Below, piece after piece: positions 18,022-28,869 of a DNA stretch of 64,000 nucleotides. This DNA comes from a virus: the IMG/VR virus record IMGVR_UViG_3300032288_005579. The stretch is one strand, 5' to 3'. The first letter of the stretch is position 1, and the number at the start of each line of letters is the position of its first letter. Below the pieces are notes generated by a model, which worked only from the letters and a program-made list of their open reading frames with translations, searched no databases and was not told the origin of the DNA. Both the position numbers and the translations under genes were made by a program.

Positions 18022-18230
18022 ATAAAGAAACTTTAGAGAATTGGTTATTGGGATTCGTTGCAGCATGCGGAGAAAATCCCCCCACAAAAGAACAGTGGAT
18101 GACCCTTGTAGAAGCAGTAAAGTCATTACATAAAAGGGACTCAGTGATCCATCCACCTTCGTGGACTTACACAGGAACTCACACGGTAAATCACGCGTCA
18201 AAAGAAGAAAAAAAAATATTGAATGACTAA
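18018..18230 (+). CDS. Hypothetical protein
   Basis: ATGA overlap with the previous gene. Confidence 0.6.
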   Translation: MNKETLENWLLGFVAACGENPPTKEQWMTLVEAVKSLHKRDSVIHPPSWTYTGTHTVNHASKEEKKILND

Positions 18231-18675
18231 GGATAACTTAATAGATTGCCCGCTTTGCTTAGAACAAGGTTCTTGTTATACTACAGCTATTAACGAGTTC
18301 AAAAATTCGTATATGTGTTTGGGATGCGGATTTCAAACCAATGATTTTTTACAGGAGGAAGATAGTGAAACTGTCAACATGTACGAATCTGAATTGCCAA
18401 ATCTGTATAAAGATTTAAAGAGGCAAGATAACATTGGTAGAGTTTGGTTTCCAAGCGCAGTCAACATAGAAGATAAAGGAACGGTGTTTGCAAACGGAAA
18501 GACTGCTGATGAATGGCAATGGAGTGCTATAAAAAACATTCCATTAACTGAAGAAGATAGGAAAAAAGTAATCTTTAGAAATTCTAATAAGAATTACAAA
18601 TCTGATTCTACTTCAATGAAACACTTCGGAAAAGATTTTTTGTCTGCGTTAGAATATATTGGAGTAGAATTTTAG
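18223..18675 (+). CDS. Hypothetical protein with zinc ribbon
   Basis: CPLC and CLGCG. Confidence 0.7.
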   Translation: MTKDNLIDCPLCLEQGSCYTTAINEFKNSYMCLGCGFQTNDFLQEEDSETVNMYESELPNLYKDLKRQDNIGRVWFPSAVNIEDKGTVFANGKTADEWQWSAIKNIPLTEEDRKKVIFRNSNKNYKSDSTSMKHFGKDFLSALEYIGVEF

Positions 18676-18679
18676 TAGC

Positions 18680-19297
18680 ATGAAAATAAGTTACGCCATT
18701 CCTGTATGTAACGAATTCGCGGAGTTAGATAGACTTTTGAATGGGATTATTTCTCACGCTGAAGGTCCCTACGAAATAGTGGTTCAATGCGATCAAGGCA
18801 ATACAACAGACGAAGTGCGTAACGTATTACAAAAATACGAAAATAAAATTAAGGTTGTTGAATTTCCTCTAAATCAAGACTTTGCCTCTTTTAAAAATAA
18901 CTTAAAGAAGAACTGTTCTGGGGATTGGATAATCCAAATTGATGCTGACGAGGAACTCACGCAAATGTTTCTAGAGAACGTGCACAACATATTAGACTCC
19001 AATCCAGAAGTAGAAGTGTTCTTTTTACCTAGAATAAATACAGTGGAAGGATTAACAGATCATCACATAGCTAAGTGGAGATGGCGTGTTGATGAATTGG
19101 GCAGAATAAATTTCCCTGATTGGCAAACCAGAATACTTAAGAACCTTCCCAAAATTCAATGGAAAAACAAGGTTCACGAAGTTTTAAGCGGTTATACCAA
19201 TTACACGCACTTCCCTACCGATGATGAGTTGTGCATCATACATCGAAAAACTATAGATAGACAGGAAAAACAAAATGAATCCTATTCAAAGATATGA
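18680..19297 (+). CDS. Glycosyltransferase family 2
   Basis: ISYAIPVCNE, IDADE. Confidence 0.88.
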   Translation: MKISYAIPVCNEFAELDRLLNGIISHAEGPYEIVVQCDQGNTTDEVRNVLQKYENKIKVVEFPLNQDFASFKNNLKKNCSGDWIIQIDADEELTQMFLENVHNILDSNPEVEVFFLPRINTVEGLTDHHIAKWRWRVDELGRINFPDWQTRILKNLPKIQWKNKVHEVLSGYTNYTHFPTDDELCIIHRKTIDRQEKQNESYSKI

Positions 19298-20259
19298 AAA
19301 CCGCTCTTATAACAGGAATAAACGGTCAGGACGGATCATATCTAGCTGAACATCTATTGGATTTGGGGTACGAAGTTCATGGTATACTCAAAAGAAATTC
19401 TGTAGCTGAGAATCAAACCGCAAGATTGGATTCTATTTACGATAGACTTAAACTCCAATACGCAGATCTAACTGACATATCTTCCCTTTATCGAGTAATC
19501 AATAAGGTTAAACCTCACGAAATATATAATCTAGCAGCCCAATCTCACGTGAGGATATCATTCGATCAACCCCTATATACGGCACATTCTACAGGATTGG
19601 GAGCTTTGAATCTTTTAGAGGCCGTAAAAGAGGCAGACACAAACATAAAAGTTTATCAAGCCTCTTCGTCAGAGATGTTTGGAAATAGCATAGATCCTGA
19701 CGGATACCAAAGAGAAACCACTGCCATGAACCCAGTGTCTCCTTACGGTTGCGCTAAGGTATTCGCTTACAACATATCTAGAAACTACAGGAACTCTTAC
19801 GGTATGTTTGTGTCTAACGGCATACTGTTCAATCACGAGTCTCCAAGAAGGGGAACTAACTTCGTTACAAACAAGATCTGCAAAGAGGCAGTAAAAATAA
19901 AATTACGCATTTCGGATAAACTTTCATTGGGTAATCTAGACGCATCCAGAGACTGGGGTCACGCCAAGGATTATGTCAAAGCAATGCATTTGATCCTGCA
20001 ATTGGATAAACCAGACGATTTTGTATGCGCAACAGGACAGTCCCACACAGTTAGAGATTTGTGCGAATTTGCCTTCTCTGAATTGGGATTGGACTATAGA
20101 AACTACGTTGTGCAGGAAGAGAAGTACCTTAGACCAGAAGAATTGAATTTCTTAAAGGGGGATTCCTCAAAATTAAAAGCTGCAACCGGTTGGACACTCG
20201 AGTATTCTTTTGAACAAATGATACGAGAAATGTTAAATTATTGGCTACGTAAAGTATGA
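19294..20259 (+). CDS. gmd: GDP-mannose 4,6-dehydratase
   Basis: LITGINGQDGSYL, AAQSHV, QASSSE, SPYGCAK, NHESPRRG, RDWGHAKDYV. Confidence 0.96.
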   Translation: MKTALITGINGQDGSYLAEHLLDLGYEVHGILKRNSVAENQTARLDSIYDRLKLQYADLTDISSLYRVINKVKPHEIYNLAAQSHVRISFDQPLYTAHSTGLGALNLLEAVKEADTNIKVYQASSSEMFGNSIDPDGYQRETTAMNPVSPYGCAKVFAYNISRNYRNSYGMFVSNGILFNHESPRRGTNFVTNKICKEAVKIKLRISDKLSLGNLDASRDWGHAKDYVKAMHLILQLDKPDDFVCATGQSHTVRDLCEFAFSELGLDYRNYVVQEEKYLRPEELNFLKGDSSKLKAATGWTLEYSFEQMIREMLNYWLRKV

Positions 20260-21164
20260 ATAAAGTTGTTATTACAGGAGGAAACGGATTAGTCGGAAAG
20301 TACCTTCAGCGTCATATGGATGGTGTGTTCTTGGGCTCAAAAGACTTTGATCTCACTATTGAGAGCGAAGTATCTAAAATGTATCAAGTGCACCGACCTG
20401 ATGTTGTTATACATCTAGCAGCTAGAGTCGGTGGTATAATGGATAACATAAATAAACCATTTCCATACTATGAAGATAACGTGTTAATGAACAGTTATGT
20501 AATGAAGTACGCGAGATTGAACGATGTAAAAAAGTTCATCGGCGTGTTATCCACTTGCGCTTATCCAGATATAGCACCATCTACTTATCCTATGGTAGAA
20601 GAGGATTTGCATCACGGAATACCTAACGAAAATAATTACGGATACGGATATTCAAAGAGAATGTTGGCGGTTCATATAGACATCGCTAGAAAACAGGGTT
20701 TGAATTATTCATACATATTGCCCTCAAATTTATATGGAGAATTTGAACACGGAGATTCTAATAGGCGTCACTTTGTTGGTGCGCTTTTAGAAAAAATACG
20801 AGAAGCAAAGAAGAACAACCATAATAAGATCACGTTGTTCGGAGATGGATCTCCATTAAGGCAGTTTACTTTTGCAGAAGATGTTGCTAAAATACTGAAA
20901 CTAATAGTAGAAAAGGACGTCAAAGAAAATATAAATGTGAGCACGGAAGAGAACATGACGATAGATGAAATGGCGAGAAAAGCTTTGATAGCGACAGATT
21001 CTAGGAACTTAAGTATAGAATACGATACAACTAAACCAAATGGACAGTATAGAAAAGATGTTTCCATAAAAAAGTTGAAACGCATTTTTCCAGAGTACGA
21101 ATTTACTTCGTATATTGATGGTATTAGAAAAACATACAAAGCAATAAATAAAAATCATGAATGA
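20256..21164 (+). CDS. fcl: GDP-L-fucose synthase
   Basis: TGGNGLVG, HLAARVGGI, YGYSKR, PSNLYG, GDGSPLRQF. Confidence 0.9.
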   Translation: MNKVVITGGNGLVGKYLQRHMDGVFLGSKDFDLTIESEVSKMYQVHRPDVVIHLAARVGGIMDNINKPFPYYEDNVLMNSYVMKYARLNDVKKFIGVLSTCAYPDIAPSTYPMVEEDLHHGIPNENNYGYGYSKRMLAVHIDIARKQGLNYSYILPSNLYGEFEHGDSNRRHFVGALLEKIREAKKNNHNKITLFGDGSPLRQFTFAEDVAKILKLIVEKDVKENINVSTEENMTIDEMARKALIATDSRNLSIEYDTTKPNGQYRKDVSIKKLKRIFPEYEFTSYIDGIRKTYKAINKNHE

Positions 21165-22506
21165 CAAAAAACAACAAATTCTCGATCTAATAAGCGAGTA
21201 CGTAAAGGAAAAGAAAACCAATAAAACATGGAAACCTGGAGAGGATTGGGTACAGTATTCGGGTCCCTACTTTGACGATAAGGAATTCACCAATGCAGTA
21301 GACGCTCTTTTGAAAGAGTGGTTTATATTAGGAGAAAAAGGTCGTGAATTTGAAAAACGCTTTGCTCCCCATTTGGGCAAGAAAGATGGCGTACTAGTTA
21401 ACTCAGGTAGCTCCGCGAACTTGTTGATGGTGTCTGTATTGAAGACAAAGCGAGGAGGAAAATTACCGGTAGGATCCAAGTTCATAACTCCTGTGGTTTG
21501 TTTCCCCACAACAATCAACCCTCTAATCCAAAACGGTTATAAACCCGTGTTTGTGGATGTTACTCTTCCAAACCTCAATCTAAATTTAGATAAGGTAGAA
21601 GACATTTTGGAGAAGGACACGAACAGAGAAATCAAGGGCATTATATTTGCCCACGTATTGGGAAATCCTCCTGATATGGATAGACTTATTTCCATAATCA
21701 AAAAGTACGAGCTCATCTACTTAGAAGACTGCTGCGATGCGCTAGGTTCTACATGGGAAGGTAAACCTCTAGGTTCATTCGGAGACATAGCTACATGCTC
21801 GTTCTTCCCAGCCCACCACATGACCATGGGAGAGGGAGGATTCGTAGCCATAAACAGTGCAAAAATGAGAATGGCATTGGCTTCTTTACGAGATTGGGGT
21901 CGTGCGTGCTATTGTAACACCGTGAAACCTGGAAATGTAATGGATGGTACAGGTTGTGGATGTAGATTCAACACGTGGTTTAAGGGACATGACGATATCG
22001 TTTTCGATCACAGATACGTGTTCGACGAAATTGGATACAATGTAAAGCCCACTGAAATGCAAGCGGCTATGGGATTGGCACAATTGGATAAACTGGAATT
22101 GATGCACAGCAGAAGAAAACATAACTTCAACAGACTCAAATCCATATTTAGTAAGTATGAAAACTACTTCTATATCCCGTATGCATCAGATAAGGCCGAC
22201 GTATCTTGGTTTGGATACTTAGTAACTTTAAAGGATAATGTACCCTTCAAAAAATCCGATCTTGTGGATTTTATGGAAGCTGCTAAAATACAAACCAGAT
22301 CTTATTTTACGGGTAATGCACTACTGCATCCCGCTTACGAAGAGCAAGCTAAAGAGTACGAAGATCCGAGAAATCAATTTCCAGTTGCTACTAAAACTAC
22401 CATCGATACCTTCTTTTTAGGTGTTTATCCAGGAATAACTGATGAACAGCTGGATTACATAGAAAATACATTGGATAATTTCATGAAGGATCACAATAAA
22501 AAGTAA
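21157..22506 (+). CDS. rfbH: CDP-4-keto-6-deoxyglucose 3-dehydrase (E1) family
   Basis: VNSGSSANL, SFFPAHHMTMGEGG (His in place of Lys), RDWGRACYC...C.C. Confidence 0.88.
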   Translation: MNDKKQQILDLISEYVKEKKTNKTWKPGEDWVQYSGPYFDDKEFTNAVDALLKEWFILGEKGREFEKRFAPHLGKKDGVLVNSGSSANLLMVSVLKTKRGGKLPVGSKFITPVVCFPTTINPLIQNGYKPVFVDVTLPNLNLNLDKVEDILEKDTNREIKGIIFAHVLGNPPDMDRLISIIKKYELIYLEDCCDALGSTWEGKPLGSFGDIATCSFFPAHHMTMGEGGFVAINSAKMRMALASLRDWGRACYCNTVKPGNVMDGTGCGCRFNTWFKGHDDIVFDHRYVFDEIGYNVKPTEMQAAMGLAQLDKLELMHSRRKHNFNRLKSIFSKYENYFYIPYASDKADVSWFGYLVTLKDNVPFKKSDLVDFMEAAKIQTRSYFTGNALLHPAYEEQAKEYEDPRNQFPVATKTTIDTFFLGVYPGITDEQLDYIENTLDNFMKDHNKK

Positions 22507-22512
22507 AATAGT

Positions 22513-23505
22513 GTGGGATACATATCATTTCCTCGAATAGGTTACTCAGGTAATTTAGGATCCCAGTTATCCCAATACTCTGCTCTTTATGCTGTGGCCA
22601 AGAATAATGGTTTAGATGTGGTATTTCCTGAGTCTAGCGTATACGATGGATGGGGACATAAGTTTGCTGCCGTATTCAATATGGAAACAAATTATATATC
22701 TGACAAGTGTTTCTCTAGTCTATCTCTTCCTTATTTAGGATTGGCCGAGTACAATAGACGGGCGAACGGTATACCTCAGTCACAAAACTTTTCTGAATCC
22801 GTTACCCTTAATTGGGAATTGTTGCCTGTCAATAGTAGACATGTGACTAAAGATAGATTATTGAACTTAGATAAAAATAAAAACTACTGGGTGGATGAGT
22901 TATTCCACATGTTTGAGGATTACCATCCCAATTACAGAGAGGAAATTCTATCTTGGAGATGGAATAAGGACAAGTACGCGGCTGCGAAAAAAGATTACGA
23001 TAAGATAAAAGTAGAAGGAAAAGAGTTGGTTTCTATCCATGTTAGAAGAGGCGATTATTTATCTCATGATCACTTCTGTAAATTGGATCAAGATTATTAT
23101 AATGAAGCGCTATCGTATTTTACTGAAGACATGGACAAATACCACTTTGTCGTATTCTCTAATGATATACCGTGGTGCAAAGAGAACCTTATAGAGGGCA
23201 ACAAAGTTACTTTCGTAGATCCGCCCGGACAGGATATAGTTCAAATAAAGAGATCAGATTACCCCATAGAAATGTCTGATGACGCTAGTGATCTTATCCT
23301 CATGAGTATGTGTGATCACAACATAATAGCTAATAGTAGTTTTAGTTGGTGGGCTGCGTATACAAACTCCAATCCCAATAAAAAAGTAATCTATCCGCAA
23401 AATTACGTCAAATGGAATAGTCCAGTCGCCATAGATTTAAATGACGGTAAATATGCTGTACAAGATTTGGGTTGGATACCTGTAAAAAACACTGATAAAG
23501 TATGA
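22513..23505 (+). CDS. Alpha-1,2-fucosyltransferase (GT11)
   Basis: GNLGSQLSQY, VSIHVRRGDY, IIANSSFSWWAAY. Confidence 0.88.
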   Translation: MGYISFPRIGYSGNLGSQLSQYSALYAVAKNNGLDVVFPESSVYDGWGHKFAAVFNMETNYISDKCFSSLSLPYLGLAEYNRRANGIPQSQNFSESVTLNWELLPVNSRHVTKDRLLNLDKNKNYWVDELFHMFEDYHPNYREEILSWRWNKDKYAAAKKDYDKIKVEGKELVSIHVRRGDYLSHDHFCKLDQDYYNEALSYFTEDMDKYHFVVFSNDIPWCKENLIEGNKVTFVDPPGQDIVQIKRSDYPIEMSDDASDLILMSMCDHNIIANSSFSWWAAYTNSNPNKKVIYPQNYVKWNSPVAIDLNDGKYAVQDLGWIPVKNTDKV

Positions 23506-24485
23506 GAATAGCGTTTCTAACTGAGATGAATTTTAAGGGAAAGGTTCCCGATACTCATACTAATATGAGAACAGAGTTTGCTTGGATGCATGCTCTAGAC
23601 GCTGATCACTATCACATAAGATCTTACGAAGGCGTTGTAAACTACGATCACGTATTCATCATATTCCCAAAAGGAATGGTCTATTTGAATGCTATTGCAG
23701 TTAAAATGTCAGAAGACAGGAATCCAGTGTCCGATTTATTAGATTCAAACCTCATAAATTCTTTAAAGTCTAACAACGGCAAAGTCCATTTCGTTCAAGA
23801 GGGTCCTCACTGGTTGTGGAACGATTACGAAATGATTGATCAAATAAATTTCTACAATCTTCTTGTACAGTGCGATTCTATCTTCTGTCACAACGAGTAC
23901 GATAGAGCTTACTACTTAGGATTTTTTCCTGAAAAGGAGGTTAATGTTATTCCGTCTCTGATGATAGAGACCCTATTGAAACCTATAGTTCCTAAAGCTG
24001 ATAATAAGACCATAATTGGAGGAAATTTTGCAAGATGGTATGGAGGGTTCGAATCGTACACAATAGCCAGTATTTTTGAAATTCCTATATGGGTTCAAGA
24101 TTCTCATGCCAAAAGATACCAAGAACCGATGATGGAAAATTTATTCCACTTGAATAGGGTGGTTTGGATAGATTGGATGAGAACTCTTTCTTCGTTTAAA
24201 TACGCAGTGCATCTTATGCCAACAGTCGCAGCTGGAACTTTCTCTTTGAACTGTGCCTACTTTGGAATTCCATGCATAGGTAACGAAAAGGTGGATACCC
24301 AAAGATTGTGCCACCCTGAATTATCGGTAGATGTCGCTGATTTGAATAAAGCGAGAACTTTGGCCAAACAACTCAAAGACGATATACATTTTTACGAAGA
24401 GTGTTCAAAGAGGTCGAAAGAGAATTACGAACGTTACTATTCTGTAAAAATATGGAATGAGACACTAACTAAAGCTTTGCAATGA
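23502..24485 (+). CDS. Putative glycosyltransferase (GT-B-like)
   Basis: Cluster context; FSLNCAYFGIPCIG resembles a GT-B C-terminal motif. Confidence 0.5.
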   Translation: MRIAFLTEMNFKGKVPDTHTNMRTEFAWMHALDADHYHIRSYEGVVNYDHVFIIFPKGMVYLNAIAVKMSEDRNPVSDLLDSNLINSLKSNNGKVHFVQEGPHWLWNDYEMIDQINFYNLLVQCDSIFCHNEYDRAYYLGFFPEKEVNVIPSLMIETLLKPIVPKADNKTIIGGNFARWYGGFESYTIASIFEIPIWVQDSHAKRYQEPMMENLFHLNRVVWIDWMRTLSSFKYAVHLMPTVAAGTFSLNCAYFGIPCIGNEKVDTQRLCHPELSVDVADLNKARTLAKQLKDDIHFYEECSKRSKENYERYYSVKIWNETLTKALQ

Positions 24486-26203
24486 AGAACAACAAATTCA
24501 TAATAATGGTCGCGTCTTATAACAATGAAGATTGGGTCGAATACAACATAGTCAGCATACTAAACCAAACATATGATAACTATCACGTGTATTACGTGGA
24601 CGATTGCTCTACCGACAAAACTAATCAGATCGTTACAGATCTAACTAAAGGAAATGATAAATTCACCATCATCAGAAACGATAAGAATTTAGGAGCAGAT
24701 GGCGGTGCGATATACAACCACATCAGGATGTTCGATTCACTAGAAGACGATGAGATTTGCGTGCAAATGTCAGGTGACGATTGGTTATTCGATGAAAACG
24801 TGTTGGAGAAATTGAACAACTTCTATAACGAAAAGGATGTATGGATGACATACGGCCAGTTTTATGTCTATAACGGAAGTTGGCAATTAGAAAAAGCAAA
24901 TCCACAGAATACGCGCTACGATGATTTTATTCATAGGCATAAACTGTATAGAAAAGATCTTTGGAGAGCGGGACATCTATTAACTACACGGGGATTTTTG
25001 GCTAAGAAGATAGATGTGAGGGACATTCAAACTTTGGAAGATGGAAAGTGGTACTATCATGCGCCTGATCTTGCTTTGACCTATCCATTCTTGGAGATGT
25101 GTCCTAAAGACAAGATAGGCGTAGTAGATTTTCCAACCTATGTGTGGAACGGCAGCGAGAAATGTCACGAAAGAACAGTCAAAAGACAAACAGCAGAAAA
25201 TCATAAATACGAAGTAGAGATACGCAATAGAAAACACTACAAAGAGGGTCTATCCGGGGAAAAACTCCCTCAGATAAACGTGTATTACGATTACATGGAA
25301 TTGACCAACATCCCAAAAGAGTTCACTTACTGCTATAAAGTAGAAGAACTTGGAGAGTACGATATGGTGTTGATCATGGATTGGGAGATTCCAAATTGGA
25401 TAGACGGAAAGATAAAAGTAAAAGAGGGCGTACCGATAGTAGCAAGATTGGCGGAACACAGCAGTTATTGGAAGTACGAGATATACGAAAAGGTATTAAA
25501 TAACTACGATAAGTTTGATGTCATATTCACCCACGACAAACGATTACTAGAACAACTGCCTAATGCGAGATTCATGCCAGCCGCAGATTGCATAGTGTTC
25601 AATAGGATCCCAAACCCAGTCAAAGGATACGAGCCCTTTAAGTGCGATCCTAAAAATGAGAACTACGAACTTCCCGATGACGTGTTCCAAATATACCAAA
25701 AATCAAAGCTCGTATCTGTTATGGCATCAGATAAAGCGTGGTTGCCTGGACACGTACAGAGATTGAAGTTTCTAGATAAGGTCAAGCACCGTGTTGACGT
25801 TTACGGAACCTGTCAAAAGGTTCTATTTGGTAAAGAGACTAGAAGGGAAACCAAGTTCCTCAGCCTAAGAGACTACGCCTTCAGCATAGCTATAGAAAAC
25901 CTCAGCCATGAAGTCGATGACTATTATTTCACAGAAAAGATCGTGGATTGCTTTACTACAGGAACAGTTCCCATTTATTACGGGTGTCCTAATATAGGAA
26001 AATTCTTTGATACCAAAGGCATATTGATATTTGAGAACGATCAACAGTTAAGTGACATCTTAGATAACTTGAGTATGGATCTGTACTATTCGATGATGGA
26101 TTCTATAAAGCACAACTACGAAGTGAGTATGAAGATGAACTTGACAAATGATTTGGCATACAAGCATTACTTTAAAGACGTAATAGACAATTATAAAAAA
26201 TGA
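24482..26203 (+). CDS. GT2 plus GT10-like fusion glycosyltransferase
   Basis: N-terminal ASYNNE..YVDDCSTD; C-terminal FSIAIEN..YFTEKIVDCF..GTVPIYYG. Confidence 0.8.
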   Translation: MKNNKFIIMVASYNNEDWVEYNIVSILNQTYDNYHVYYVDDCSTDKTNQIVTDLTKGNDKFTIIRNDKNLGADGGAIYNHIRMFDSLEDDEICVQMSGDDWLFDENVLEKLNNFYNEKDVWMTYGQFYVYNGSWQLEKANPQNTRYDDFIHRHKLYRKDLWRAGHLLTTRGFLAKKIDVRDIQTLEDGKWYYHAPDLALTYPFLEMCPKDKIGVVDFPTYVWNGSEKCHERTVKRQTAENHKYEVEIRNRKHYKEGLSGEKLPQINVYYDYMELTNIPKEFTYCYKVEELGEYDMVLIMDWEIPNWIDGKIKVKEGVPIVARLAEHSSYWKYEIYEKVLNNYDKFDVIFTHDKRLLEQLPNARFMPAADCIVFNRIPNPVKGYEPFKCDPKNENYELPDDVFQIYQKSKLVSVMASDKAWLPGHVQRLKFLDKVKHRVDVYGTCQKVLFGKETRRETKFLSLRDYAFSIAIENLSHEVDDYYFTEKIVDCFTTGTVPIYYGCPNIGKFFDTKGILIFENDQQLSDILDNLSMDLYYSMMDSIKHNYEVSMKMNLTNDLAYKHYFKDVIDNYKK

Positions 26204-27246
26204 AAACAATTATTGTAACAGGATCTGGCGGCCTAATAGGCAGAGAGACAACAGAATTCTTTCTGAAGAAGGGATTCAGGGTCATAGGTATTGACAACAA
26301 TATGAGACGATACTTTTTTGGAGAAGACGGATCAGTATCATCGAACATAGAGTCTATTTCAAAGATGTCTAACTATGTGCATAAAGCCATAGACATAAGA
26401 AATTACGAAGATTTGGAAAACCTGTTCTCTGAATATAATTCAGACATAGATTGCATAATACACGCAGCAGCTCAACCATCGCACGATTGGGCAGCTAAAG
26501 AGCCATTCACTGATTTTCATGTGAATGCAACTTCTACTATAAACTTGTTAGAACTGACTAGAAAGTATTGCGGCAATGCGACATTCATATTCATGTCAAC
26601 CAATAAAGTCTACGGTGATAATCCTAATTACTTATCCCTGTTAGAGACAGAGACACGATACGAACTTCCAGAAATTCACCCGTATTACGATGGTTTGAAC
26701 GAATCATTCTCTATAGATAATACTAAGCACAGTCTTTTTGGCTGTTCTAAACTATCTGCTGATGTATATGTGCAAGAATACGGTCGTTATTTTGGTATAA
26801 AGACTACAATTTTTAGAGGCGGGTGTTTAACAGGATCTAAACACAAAGGCGCAGAACTTCACGGATTCTTAAATTATCTAGTTAAGTGCAATCTAGAAGG
26901 TCGCACGTACAATCTATTCGGATACAAAGGAAAGCAAGTAAGGGATAATATCCACTCCTCGGATCTAGTGAACGCTTTTTGGCACGTATACAATAATCCC
27001 AAAGTCGGAGAGGTTTATAACATTGGAGGTTCTAGGCATTCAAACTGTTCTATATTAGAAGCGATTGAAAAGATAGAAGGCATGACTAGTAAAAAAATGT
27101 CTTTGAATTACGTTGATCAAAACAGATCAGGAGATCATATATGGTGGATATCAGACATAAGTAAATTTAAGAAGGATTACCCCGAATGGCATTTGACATA
27201 TACTATAGACGATATCATACAAGAGATAATCAAAAACATAGGCTGA
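26200..27246 (+). CDS. rfbE: CDP-paratose 2-epimerase-like SDR
   Basis: TGSGGLIG, AAQPSHDWA, STNKVYGD, SLFGCSK, GKQVRDNIH. Confidence 0.8.
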   Translation: MKTIIVTGSGGLIGRETTEFFLKKGFRVIGIDNNMRRYFFGEDGSVSSNIESISKMSNYVHKAIDIRNYEDLENLFSEYNSDIDCIIHAAAQPSHDWAAKEPFTDFHVNATSTINLLELTRKYCGNATFIFMSTNKVYGDNPNYLSLLETETRYELPEIHPYYDGLNESFSIDNTKHSLFGCSKLSADVYVQEYGRYFGIKTTIFRGGCLTGSKHKGAELHGFLNYLVKCNLEGRTYNLFGYKGKQVRDNIHSSDLVNAFWHVYNNPKVGEVYNIGGSRHSNCSILEAIEKIEGMTSKKMSLNYVDQNRSGDHIWWISDISKFKKDYPEWHLTYTIDDIIQEIIKNIG

Positions 27247-27247
27247 T

Positions 27248-27874
27248 ATGTACTATTCTCAATTTCAACAGGATCAATTTCTAAATGAAAATGTGTTTCA
27301 AAATTTCTCAAATGGATTTTTTGTTGACATAGGCGCATATGACGGAATTACGCAAGGCAGCAACTCTCTCTTCTTTGAAGAATTGGGTTGGAGTGGAGTA
27401 TGCATAGAGCCCAATCCAACACTATTCAAGAGACTGAAGGAGAATAGAAAATGCGCTTGTCTAAACTATGCTGTGTCAGATGTTGTGGGAGAAGAGGAAT
27501 TTATGCTTATAAACGGGCCTAATACTTTAGGAGGTCTTACTAAAAATTACGACTCTTCGAATCTCAAAGCTTTTGAGAATGATTTGAAACATAATAATTA
27601 CACTTACGAATACATAAAAGTAAAGACCGAAAAGTTCAATAACATAATAAATCAAAAAAGGATAGATTATCTTTCTATAGACGTGGAAGGAAACGAATTG
27701 AACATTCTGAAAACTATAGACTTTGATAGTTATGATATTAGAGTTATGACTATAGAAAGCAATAATTTTGGTGATAGAATACTAGAATTCTTTTCTGATA
27801 AGCCGTATACACTAATTAATAGACTAGGATGCGATGATGTTTACGTAAAGAACACTATAATACTCACTGTGTAA
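27248..27874 (+). CDS. FkbM-family methyltransferase
   Basis: YYSQFQQD, FVDIGAYDG, IEPNP, LSIDVEGNE. Confidence 0.9.
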   Translation: MYYSQFQQDQFLNENVFQNFSNGFFVDIGAYDGITQGSNSLFFEELGWSGVCIEPNPTLFKRLKENRKCACLNYAVSDVVGEEEFMLINGPNTLGGLTKNYDSSNLKAFENDLKHNNYTYEYIKVKTEKFNNIINQKRIDYLSIDVEGNELNILKTIDFDSYDIRVMTIESNNFGDRILEFFSDKPYTLINRLGCDDVYVKNTIILTV

Positions 27875-27894
27875 CAATTAAATAAAAGAAAGAT

Positions 27895-28869
27895 ATGAAA
27901 AAAGTAGTATATGTAACAGGTTGTTTTGGTTTCATAGGATCCTATGTTACTAGAGCGTGTTTAGAAAAAGGATGGTACGTTATAGGTGTAGATAAATGCA
28001 CTTATGCCTCCAACGAAGAATTGGCTTGGGAGTGGGCATCAAAATACACTGACAACTTCATGTTTCTGAGAGAAGACATCAACGATTTAAAGTTCTTGTA
28101 CGAATGTGACTACGTCATAAATACCGCAGCTGAAACCCATGTTGGCAATTCTATTGTTAAGAGTGAAGAGTTTGTGAAATCAAACATACAAGGCGTTCAC
28201 AACTTACTAGAGCTAATTAGGAATTATAGAGCCGAATCCAACCATGTTCCTACATTACTTCACTTTTCAACTGATGAAGTGTATGGAGATATAGATGAAG
28301 GTTCACACACAGAAAAAGATCTGTTAAAACCCTCCAATCCCTACTCAGCTACAAAAGCCGCAGCTGACATGTTGATATTGGCTTGGGCAAGAACGTATGA
28401 ATTACCCTACGTGATAGTTAGGCCCACAAATAACTACGGTGCTGGACAGTACGTGGAGAAGTTAATACCAAAAACTTGTAAACATTTGGGTTTAGAAAGA
28501 AGAATACCTCTTCACAATGGAGGAAAACCTGTCAGAACTTGGTTGAATGTTAAAGACACTGCTAGCGCAATAATAAAAATAATAGAGAGCAAAGCAGTTA
28601 ACCAGATATACAACATATCTGGAGGATTTGAACAAACCAATCTGGAAACAGTTAGACAGGTAATAAAAGCATATAACGGGGACGATCTAAAATCCAGTAC
28701 GTCTAATGTAGAAAAGTATTTAGACCTATCTTATAAGAGACCCGGTATGGATGTTAGATATTCCTTGGATGACTCTAAAATCAGATCACTAGGTTGGGAA
28801 CCCAAAGCCATTTTCGAGGAAGAACTTAAAGAGATCGTCGCTTATTATAAGGGTAAATTCATATGGTAA
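27895..28869 (+). CDS. rfbB: dTDP-glucose 4,6-dehydratase family
   Basis: TGCFGFIGS, AAETHV, STDEVYGD, PYSATKAAAD, NNYG. Confidence 0.88.
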   Translation: MKKVVYVTGCFGFIGSYVTRACLEKGWYVIGVDKCTYASNEELAWEWASKYTDNFMFLREDINDLKFLYECDYVINTAAETHVGNSIVKSEEFVKSNIQGVHNLLELIRNYRAESNHVPTLLHFSTDEVYGDIDEGSHTEKDLLKPSNPYSATKAAADMLILAWARTYELPYVIVRPTNNYGAGQYVEKLIPKTCKHLGLERRIPLHNGGKPVRTWLNVKDTASAIIKIIESKAVNQIYNISGGFEQTNLETVRQVIKAYNGDDLKSSTSNVEKYLDLSYKRPGMDVRYSLDDSKIRSLGWEPKAIFEEELKEIVAYYKGKFIW

